This document shows, piece after piece, positions 28,925 through 36,516 of a stretch of DNA of 64,000 bases (positions are counted from its first letter, which is position 1; the number at the start of each line of letters is the position of its first letter). The notes under the pieces are model-generated. The model saw nothing but the letters and a program-made list of their open reading frames with translations, did no database searches and was not told the DNA's origin. The stretch lies in NCBI GenBank assembly GCA_018970325.1, contig JAGWWP010000003.1, positions 15,737 through 79,736 of the forward strand, written 5' to 3'. Made by a program: the position numbers and the translations under genes. The stretch comes from Cyanobacteria bacterium REEB446. GTDB taxonomy: Bacteria > Cyanobacteriota > Vampirovibrionia > LMEP-6097.

Positions 28925-30561
28925 TAAATACCTCTCCCTTCTTTATTAATAATCATCCCATTTTCCATCACGAAAACCTCATCACAAAGCTCAGCTATCT
29001 GTGGCTTATGTGTAATAAATATCGTTGTTTTACCAGCTCTTAATTTATTAATATTAGTAAGAATCGTAGAAGCTATGGCATTATCCACACTGCTTAATGA
29101 ATCATCAAGAATCAGTACTTCTGGATTAATCGCAAGAGCTCTAGCTATCGCTATACGCTGCCTCTGCCCGCCCGACAGCGTTATACCGCGTTCACCTACT
29201 ATAGTTTCATAGCCATTTTCGAATTTCATAATTTCATCATGTATGCCCACGGCTTTAGCTAAAGCTTCTATCTCTAGATCACTAAGATCTTTAGCATAGG
29301 ATATATTTTCTTTAATGCTTGTAGAGAAGAGGAAATTTTCCTGCGGCACCATGTTTATCAGTCTGCGTAAGTCTTCTAGGTTAATATTTTTAAGATCTAT
29401 ATCATCTATTAAAATTTCAGCGGATTCTAACTCTCTTAGATGCATTAACTTCTTTCCTAACTGGCTTTTACCTGAGCCGATAGCACCGATAATCGCTATT
29501 TTCTTACCCTTCAGTATTTTCACCCCTAGAGTTTTAAAGTTAATCTCCGAATCAAAAGTACTTTTACGCACAGTGCTCTCAGTGTCCGCAATGCTTGGCA
29601 CAGTATTTAAAATATTCTCAATGCGCTCCGCACTCACTTGGACTCTATAGACTATTGTTATTAACCAACCGAGCATGGTGATTGGCCAAATCAATCTTTC
29701 AATATATAAAGAAAATGCAGCAAAATCACCAAAGCTAAAAGTCCCTTCTATAACAGCTTTACCACCAAGCCAAAGTAATAAAATAAAGCCAAGACTCGCA
29801 ATCACCTTCATTACTGGGCTAATTAGACTTCGTGCTCTTATTAAAAGAAGATATTCTTTAAGTAATCCATTATTTTCTTGTGAAAACCTCTCTATTTCAG
29901 CAGCTTCTTGCCCAAAGGTTTTAATAATATGAATCCCACTTAAATTCTGTTCTATAAAATTACTGATTTTAGCGAGTATCTCCTGCACCGACTCTTGGTG
30001 AGCTTTAATACTTCGGCTACATAAAGTAACACCCAGTATTAAGACTGGGATTAAAGCAAGAAAACTAATAGTCAGAATCTTATTAGTTTTATACATCAAT
30101 GGAACTATGACTATAAAAGCGATTGCACTGTTTAAAATATTCAGTATCGCAAAACCAGCCACTGCCCTAAAAGACTGAACATCATTACTGATAATAGAAA
30201 TCAAATCCCCAGCCTTTTTCTTTTCAAAAAAAGCAGGTTCTAAATGCAGTACATGATTGAAAATCTGTTTCTTTAAATCAAACTCCACTTGCCTGCCTAC
30301 GCCAAAAATTATATGACGTGATTTAGCTCTTAAAACAGCCATTAATATCGCTGCTCCACCCATGGATAGAAGAATTAAATTTAATTTACTTGAAAGTCCT
30401 GTACTGTTCAGCCCCCCAGCAGAATAAGCTTGCAATAAATCTACCGAATCCTTAACGAGCTGTGGAATATAAGCACCTAAGATATTTACCGCAATTAGAC
30501 AAACTGTACCCCAAAGATAGGAAGGTAAGTAATTAAAAATATGCCTATAAGGCTTTTTCAT
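28924..30561 (-). CDS. ABC exporter, fused permease/ATPase (MdlA-like)
   Basis: TM domain, then Walker A GAIGSGKSQ, signature LSGGQRQRI, Walker B VLILDDSLS. Abuts its partner gene. Confidence 0.85.
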   Translation of the reverse strand: MKKPYRHIFNYLPSYLWGTVCLIAVNILGAYIPQLVKDSVDLLQAYSAGGLNSTGLSSKLNLILLSMGGAAILMAVLRAKSRHIIFGVGRQVEFDLKKQIFNHVLHLEPAFFEKKKAGDLISIISNDVQSFRAVAGFAILNILNSAIAFIVIVPLMYKTNKILTISFLALIPVLILGVTLCSRSIKAHQESVQEILAKISNFIEQNLSGIHIIKTFGQEAAEIERFSQENNGLLKEYLLLIRARSLISPVMKVIASLGFILLLWLGGKAVIEGTFSFGDFAAFSLYIERLIWPITMLGWLITIVYRVQVSAERIENILNTVPSIADTESTVRKSTFDSEINFKTLGVKILKGKKIAIIGAIGSGKSQLGKKLMHLRELESAEILIDDIDLKNINLEDLRRLINMVPQENFLFSTSIKENISYAKDLSDLEIEALAKAVGIHDEIMKFENGYETIVGERGITLSGGQRQRIAIARALAINPEVLILDDSLSSVDNAIASTILTNINKLRAGKTTIFITHKPQIAELCDEVFVMENGMIINKEGRGI

Positions 30562-30605
30562 AAAATATCCACTTCGCTAATCAAAACAAGATTTAAACAA
30601 CATTC

Positions 30606-31511
30606 TTATAGTATCTCAGATAATTCACTAAAATCATTAATGACCTTTCTAGTTCTCTCGATAGAATTATTACTAGACGCTGATTTATCAAGATTCTCAG
30701 TATCTTTCAAAGCCTCTCTTACGACTTGTACCGTTAGCAGCCCAGCTCGTTCACTTGCCCTACATTCATCTTTAATATCAGTCAAAAATAAAATATGCTC
30801 TGGACTTACTTTAATATCATCAGCGATTTTCAAATAAGATTCATATTCTTTCTTAGAACCTATCTTAGTATCATAGAAACCAGAAAATAAATAACGAATA
30901 TCACCGAATTCAGAAAATTCAAAAAACAATCTCTGAGCTTGAATAGACCCTGATGAATAGACATAGATCGGCAAGCCTTTGCCTTTCATATTTAAGAAAA
31001 AATCAAGGGCATCTTGGTATAAAGGTGCCTTAAATAAACCTTTCCTAAAACCTTCTTGCCAGATTAATCCCTGTAAATCTTTTAGGGGGGTGATTTTTTT
31101 ATCTTCCAGACTCCAAGTTTTTAAAGCCTGAATAGCAGTATATACCTGTGTTTCAAAAACAGCATCTTGGGCGTGTAGCGAAACTCCAATTTCCGCGTTT
31201 TCGTCGTCCTCATGATCCTCATGTACATTGAGTACACTGCGGTCATTCGTCCTCCTCGGTCTTGAACTTGTTCGTTTGGCTACACGCCCATCTAAGTGCG
31301 ACAAAACTCCAATTTCTGCGTTTTCGCCCCTTTTGTTTTGCTTAAGCTCTTCTAAAGTAGCCTCAATAATAGAGAGTAAGACTGGATCATGCTCAAAGTT
31401 AGTTAATATAAAATCTTCTATTCTCTCGCTTGCATAAGGGAAAAGAACATCTTTAACAAAACTAATTGAACTAATAGTTCCTTCGATATCGGTAAGTATG
31501 GCTTTAGGCAT
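30606..31511 (-). CDS. mtnC: enolase-phosphatase E1 (methionine salvage) with a roughly 55-aa repeat-derived insert
   Basis: HAD motif AILTDIEGT. Operon with mtnD and mtnB. Contains one full 121-bp element plus an adjacent half-element. Confidence 0.85.
   Translation of the reverse strand: MPKAILTDIEGTISSISFVKDVLFPYASERIEDFILTNFEHDPVLLSIIEATLEELKQNKRGENAEIGVLSHLDGRVAKRTSSRPRRTNDRSVLNVHEDHEDDENAEIGVSLHAQDAVFETQVYTAIQALKTWSLEDKKITPLKDLQGLIWQEGFRKGLFKAPLYQDALDFFLNMKGKGLPIYVYSSGSIQAQRLFFEFSEFGDIRYLFSGFYDTKIGSKKEYESYLKIADDIKVSPEHILFLTDIKDECRASERAGLLTVQVVREALKDTENLDKSASSNNSIERTRKVINDFSELSEIL
31169..31289 (-). mobile_element. R6a: full-length 121-bp element inside mtnC
   Basis: TIRs GGGCGTGTAGCGAAAC / GTTTGGCTACACGCCC. 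Flanked by ATCTT and ATCTA. Encodes GRVAKRTSSRPRRTNDRSVLNVHEDHEDDENAEIGVSLHA. Confidence 0.93.
31296..31330 (-). repeat. R6b: half-element 6 nt from R6a inside mtnC
   Basis: gtgcgacaaaactccaatttctgcgttttcgcccc, with an exact core. Encodes GENAEIGVLSH. Confidence 0.88.
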
Positions 31512-31515
31512 GGTA

Positions 31516-32076
31516 TTAAATTATTGTATTGGAATTTTCCTGATTTAAATCAAAACGATGTGAAATCGATTCTTCATGATAACAAGGTATCCAGCCACTT
31601 TCATCACTAAAAAATCTCAGACACTTGAACTGTGGAGTCAAACCCATATCAAACCAATGCCAGGTATTAGCTGGAACTCTAATAAAGTCACCAGCAGAGC
31701 AAAGGATGCTATAGACTCTATCTAAATGATGGATGGTAAAGAGACCTGAGCCAGAAATAAAATACCTCACCTCATCATCTGCGTGTGTATGTTCTTTTAA
31801 AAATTTATTTCTCATGGCAGGAAAATCCTCACTATGAGCCAGTTCAGGATTTACAGACATTAAATCAACTGCTTTAAAACCATAATTATTTTTAATCTTT
31901 TCGATTTTATTTTCATAAAATTTAAGTACCTCTGCATCACTAAAATCTTCTACAGGAGGGGAATCCCAGCGATCTATAGATACTCCTGAAGAGCCTAAAG
32001 AATTTTGAATAAATTCTAAATCCTCTGATTCAGAGATTAGGTTTGCGGCTTCATCAAAAATTTTTAATAATGTCAT
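31516..32076 (-). CDS. mtnD: acireductone dioxygenase
   Basis: ARD cupin motifs: HTHADDEVRYF, VPANTWHWF. Confidence 0.88.
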   Translation of the reverse strand: MTLLKIFDEAANLISESEDLEFIQNSLGSSGVSIDRWDSPPVEDFSDAEVLKFYENKIEKIKNNYGFKAVDLMSVNPELAHSEDFPAMRNKFLKEHTHADDEVRYFISGSGLFTIHHLDRVYSILCSAGDFIRVPANTWHWFDMGLTPQFKCLRFFSDESGWIPCYHEESISHRFDLNQENSNTII

Positions 32077-32795
32077 ACTTCTACAACCTCTTCCTTGCCC
32101 TGCATAACTTTATTTAATTGCATCTCAAGTAAATAGGATTCAATTAAAGTATTCAAAGCATCTACGTGTCTAATCGTTTCACTCTGAGTGCTTCCCCAAG
32201 TATAAAGACCATGTCCCGCTAATAGATAAGCATGTAAAGGTTTTTCTGAATTAGCAAGCTTCTCAAGAACTGGCTGAATTAAATCAGCTAGTTCTTCTAT
32301 GTTTTGGTTATTAGGGAAGATCGGTAAAATTTCCGTATAATCATGAGTCAGAACACCCGAAAGAGCCTTTAAAAGCTCAAATCCCTCTAGTTTAAGTGCC
32401 TTAATTCCTTGCTTTAAAAGAACTTTAGATAGAACGGCACTAGATGATGAATGAAAGTGGGCTATAAACTTAGCGTTAGGGAAAGTTCTATATACCTGAG
32501 TATGCAAAAGAGTTTCAGCCGATGGTTTTAGAGACGGCGGCACAACTCCATTTTCTGCGTTTTCATCGTCCTCTTTTAAATTAGAAGCTTTAGCTCTACC
32601 GAGAAAATCCACTAGCATTAAATCCCCTTCTGTTAAAGTCGCTTTATCTTTACCAGAGACACTGATTAAAATTTCTTGATTTTCTAGGCGAGCAGAAAAA
32701 TTACCAGAAGTCGCTGGTACTAAGCCTTTTACTGCACAGAAATGAGCGACTTTAATTAGATCTTGTTTTATTGAGTCGAGATTAAGCACATTCAT
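32073..32795 (-). CDS. mtnB: methylthioribulose-1-phosphate dehydratase (class II aldolase/adducin fold) with a short repeat insert
   Basis: Aldolase_II family: PATSGNFS, HFHS, GHGLYTWG. Operon context. EDDENAENGV insert. Confidence 0.85.
   Translation of the reverse strand: MNVLNLDSIKQDLIKVAHFCAVKGLVPATSGNFSARLENQEILISVSGKDKATLTEGDLMLVDFLGRAKASNLKEDDENAENGVVPPSLKPSAETLLHTQVYRTFPNAKFIAHFHSSSSAVLSKVLLKQGIKALKLEGFELLKALSGVLTHDYTEILPIFPNNQNIEELADLIQPVLEKLANSEKPLHAYLLAGHGLYTWGSTQSETIRHVDALNTLIESYLLEMQLNKVMQGKEEVVEV
32536..32573 (-). repeat. R7: half-element inside mtnB
   Basis: ggcggcacaactccattttctgcgttttcatcgtcctc, core with 1 mismatch. Encodes EDDENAENGVVPP. Confidence 0.88.
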
Positions 32796-32841
32796 CGTTT
32801 ATAAATTATACTTATTAGTAACTTCCAGTATTAACAAATAA

Positions 32842-33678
32842 ATGAAACTCTTAGAATTAATTAAATTCGATACGAGCAATTTTCTTCAAGAAGAATATGA
32901 TTTATTAATCGGTGTCGATGAAGTCGGTAGAGGTTCTCTAGCTGGACCTGTAGTTTGTGCCGCTTTTTCATCAGAGCAGCTTTGCTGCATTGAGTTTCAA
33001 GATAAAAAAAAGAGTAAAAAAGCAGAGAAAGTTTTTATAGAAAGTGTTTTAAAGACCAGACCTATTTTAAAGAAATTAGATGATAGTAAAAAAGTAAAAA
33101 CCCAAGACCGAGAATTATTAGTAAATTCACTGAAAGACCAGCTTTACAGCACATTCTATGCGTTAGCAGAAAAATCAGCTGATTATATAGATGAGCAGGG
33201 TATAGTAAAAGCTATTTTTACCGCCATGAGCGAAGCTATCGCTAAAATTATTAATCAGTTTTATGAAGTTAATCAGCATTATCCTAAAAATATCTTAGTG
33301 TTAGTCGATGGTCCTAAGACCATTCCAGCACTAGAAGAATATGTCGAGGAATATTTATTTTCTAAAGCTAGTGGTGAAAAGACTTCCCTTGAAATGGATA
33401 AATTAAATTCAGCCCCTAAAATAGCCATCAAGCAGATAGCTATAAAAAAAGGCGATAGCCTAAGTGCTGCAATTGCAGCAGCAAGCAATATAGCAAAGGA
33501 TTTTCGCGATAAATTAATGAAGAATATTATTAAAAATGAACCCCATCTTTCGATCTACGGTTGGCAAACCAATGTTGGTTATGGTTCTTTAGCTCACCGC
33601 AGGGCTATTCAAAAACACCATCTAAGCATCTATCATCGCCGCAGTTTTTGTGAAGGCATCCTCTCTAATCAGAGCTAA
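32842..33678 (+). CDS. rnhB: ribonuclease HII
   Basis: IGVDEVGRGSLAGPVV catalytic motif, DDSK and HR.SF C-terminal motifs. Longer than usual (278 aa). Confidence 0.88.
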   Translation: MKLLELIKFDTSNFLQEEYDLLIGVDEVGRGSLAGPVVCAAFSSEQLCCIEFQDKKKSKKAEKVFIESVLKTRPILKKLDDSKKVKTQDRELLVNSLKDQLYSTFYALAEKSADYIDEQGIVKAIFTAMSEAIAKIINQFYEVNQHYPKNILVLVDGPKTIPALEEYVEEYLFSKASGEKTSLEMDKLNSAPKIAIKQIAIKKGDSLSAAIAAASNIAKDFRDKLMKNIIKNEPHLSIYGWQTNVGYGSLAHRRAIQKHHLSIYHRRSFCEGILSNQS

Positions 33679-35043
33679 TGCTCTTTCTGCAAGAAATTCA
33701 TTTTTAAGCCTTTTATCTTTTCTCAGCCTCTTTTCAAGCTTGTCTGGATTAGGGTTTATTAATGCCCAATTAGAATTAATCGGCTGAAAACGCTTAGGAT
33801 CAGCACTAGTAACATAATTCACTAATGCGCCAAGCATGGTTAATCGTGAGAGTGGTGTTTCTTGAGATCGCTTAATTTCACTTAAAATCCTTGAGACAAT
33901 GCTTCTAGCCACAACGATCCCCGTTCCCGCAGATTCTGTATAGCCCTCTACGCCAGTGATTTGACCTGCGAAATAAATATTAGGGTGGGTTTTTAAAGAA
34001 AGGTTTTCTGAAAGCAGAGTGGGGCTATTTAAAAATATATTTTGGTGCATAACCCCGTAACGTACTATATCTAAATTCTCTAAACTAGGGATCATAGAAA
34101 AAACTCGCTTCTGCTCTCCCCATTTAAGATTCGTCTGAAAACCGACTATGTTATAAAGTGAACCTAAAACATTATCCTGTCTAAGCTGCACTACTGCATA
34201 AGGTTTCTCATTAGGGCGGCGTGGATCTGTTAAACCAACAGGCTTTAAAGGACCGAATCTAAGTGTATCCTTCCCTCTTTCAGCTATCGCCTCAACTGGC
34301 ATACAGCCCTCAAAATAACGCATATTTTCTTTTTCGAAATCTTGTAGCTCAGCTCTCTCAGCGCTTAATAAAGCTTCTTGAAATCTATAATATTCATCAG
34401 CACTATAAAATGGACAGTTAATATAATCATCAGTTTCACCTTTCCCATAACGTGAGGCTTTAAAAGCGATATCCATATTTATACTTTCAGCTGTAAGTAT
34501 TGGACTTGCAGCATCAAAAAAATTCAGAAAATCCTTTCCTTGAGTAAGTTTCTGTACCTCCTGAGATAAATTCGGGCTAGTTAGAGGGCCTGAGGCGATG
34601 ATAAGAAATTTATTTTTATTATATTCAGAATTAGCTTCTAAAAAATCAGCAGGTATATTTATAAATTCTTCTCTAATAATCTCTATATAAGGATTTACAG
34701 ATATAGTCTCAGAAATAATCTCCGCGAACTTATCTCTATCCACAGCTAAAGCTTGCCCTGCTGGTACTTTACTTTTCAGAGCAGAATTTATTATAAGGCT
34801 ATCGAAAAGCTTCATCTCCTGAATTAAGACTCCACGAGCAGTGGTTAAAAACTCTGAACCTAAGCTGTTACTACAGACAAGTTCAGCGAAATTTTCTGTG
34901 TGATGAGCTGGCGTTTTAACTTTAGGACGCATTTCATAAAGTTTCATCCTAATATTTAGATCATAAGCTTTAGCGAATTTAGCGAGCTGAAAAGCAGTCT
35001 CAGTACCAGCTAGCCCAGCTCCTACTATGGTTATTTCGTACAC
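33622..35043 (-). CDS. trmFO: methylenetetrahydrofolate--tRNA-(uracil-5-)-methyltransferase
   Basis: N-terminus ITIVGAGLAGTETAFQLAK, LVCSNSLG and AGQITGVEGYTESAGTG blocks. Confidence 0.92.
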   Translation of the reverse strand: MYEITIVGAGLAGTETAFQLAKFAKAYDLNIRMKLYEMRPKVKTPAHHTENFAELVCSNSLGSEFLTTARGVLIQEMKLFDSLIINSALKSKVPAGQALAVDRDKFAEIISETISVNPYIEIIREEFINIPADFLEANSEYNKNKFLIIASGPLTSPNLSQEVQKLTQGKDFLNFFDAASPILTAESINMDIAFKASRYGKGETDDYINCPFYSADEYYRFQEALLSAERAELQDFEKENMRYFEGCMPVEAIAERGKDTLRFGPLKPVGLTDPRRPNEKPYAVVQLRQDNVLGSLYNIVGFQTNLKWGEQKRVFSMIPSLENLDIVRYGVMHQNIFLNSPTLLSENLSLKTHPNIYFAGQITGVEGYTESAGTGIVVARSIVSRILSEIKRSQETPLSRLTMLGALVNYVTSADPKRFQPINSNWALINPNPDKLEKRLRKDKRLKNEFLAERALALIREDAFTKTAAMIDA

Positions 35044-35062
35044 AGAGTCCTATTTTAGCAGA

Positions 35063-35110
35063 GGGCACTATTGCTGAACTCCAATTTCTGCGTTTTTGGC
35101 AATAGTGCCT
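35063..35110 (-). repeat. R8: short hairpin form (stem-core-stem) in the trmFO / AAA-ATPase divergent spacer
   Basis: Perfect 11-bp stem GGCACTATTGC / GCAATAGTGCC encloses the core (1 mismatch). Confidence 0.9.
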
Positions 35111-35295
35111 AGAAGGGTTTTAGTGCCGTCCGCAAACACCCACTTCTAGAATGATAAAACTAACTTTAACTAATAATCTCAAGTCGCCCAGTTATCTAAT
35201 TTTATACAGTTAACTAAATGAAATTAGATAATTTTATTATTTATAATATATTTTTATAGATATATTTAACTATTTGGGTATAATATTTTAGATAT

Positions 35296-36504
35296 ATGGC
35301 AGATAGAAAATTTCTTAGTGACCTTATATATAATGCCTGCACCTCTAAAAAGGTTACTCTATTATTCGGAGCTAGACAGGTAGGCAAAAGCACATTATTA
35401 AAACAGTTTTTAAACGAACAGGAGAAAAAAAAGAAAACCTATAAACTTATAAATGCTGATAACTATTACGATAGAGCATATTTTAATAATACCGATAAAA
35501 TAACTTTAATTAATGAACTGAGCCAATACGACTATCTCGCTATCGACGAAGCTCAAAAATTAGAAGAGATGGATCTCTTTATAAAAAACTTCGCGGATTA
35601 CGTGAAAACAGAAAGTCGCCTAATCTTGACTGGATCGTCTAGTATAGAGATTAAGAATCAGATTAAAGAGTCCAATGCTGGTAGAAAGCGAGAGATAGAG
35701 ATATATCCACCAGCTATATTTGAAATACATAAAGATGAAAAAACAGCGAAGACCAATCTTGAAGATCGTTTAATCTTCGGCTCTTACCCTGAAATATCTT
35801 TAAGTGATAAGCCTTTACACAGAGATGAAAAAATCGATTTACTCAGAAGCATAGTTAATGACTATCTCTTTAAAGATATTTTCACTTTAGACGGTCTTAA
35901 AAATGCTAGTAAGATAGAACACCTCGCTATGCTAGTGGCTTACAGAGCAGGACAGATATTAAACCTAAATGATTTAGCAAATGAATTACAGCTTAATCGA
36001 GCGACTGTAGAGAAATATTTAGAATTAATGGAGAAATCATTTCTGGTGTTTAAGCTAGATAGCTTTTCTAAAGAGGCTGCTACTTCACTGAAAAAACAGA
36101 ACCCCAGCAACGCCATTAAAAAACAAAAAAAATATTATTTTTATGATAATGGAATTAGAAATGCTTTAATCAATGACTTTTCTGGACTAGCTTTCAGAAG
36201 TGATATCGGGGCTTTATGGGAGAACTTTATAATCGCAGAGAAAAGAAAACTAAATAAATATATTCATAGAAATTCTCTTAAAACATATTTCTGGCGAGTA
36301 AAAGCAAATCTAGGAGATCAGGAGATAGACTTAATCGAAGAACTCGGCGACGGCAAATTAAATCATCTCTATGCTTATGAGCTTAAATACAGTAAAGAAG
36401 AAACTAAGATTAAAATCCCAAGCCAATGGGAGAAAGACTTTCCTCTAGCAAATTTCAATGTTATTAATCGCAGTAATTTTTATGAGTTTTTAGAAAATCT
36501 ATAG
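35296..36504 (+). CDS. AAA_14 ATPase with a C-terminal DUF4143 (restriction-endonuclease-like) domain
   Basis: Walker A LLFGARQVGKSTL, Walker B LAIDEAQK. C-terminal EIDLIEE...AYELKYS D/ExK-like motif. Confidence 0.75.
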   Translation: MADRKFLSDLIYNACTSKKVTLLFGARQVGKSTLLKQFLNEQEKKKKTYKLINADNYYDRAYFNNTDKITLINELSQYDYLAIDEAQKLEEMDLFIKNFADYVKTESRLILTGSSSIEIKNQIKESNAGRKREIEIYPPAIFEIHKDEKTAKTNLEDRLIFGSYPEISLSDKPLHRDEKIDLLRSIVNDYLFKDIFTLDGLKNASKIEHLAMLVAYRAGQILNLNDLANELQLNRATVEKYLELMEKSFLVFKLDSFSKEAATSLKKQNPSNAIKKQKKYYFYDNGIRNALINDFSGLAFRSDIGALWENFIIAEKRKLNKYIHRNSLKTYFWRVKANLGDQEIDLIEELGDGKLNHLYAYELKYSKEETKIKIPSQWEKDFPLANFNVINRSNFYEFLENL

Positions 36505-36516
36505 GAAGGTGGTTTC

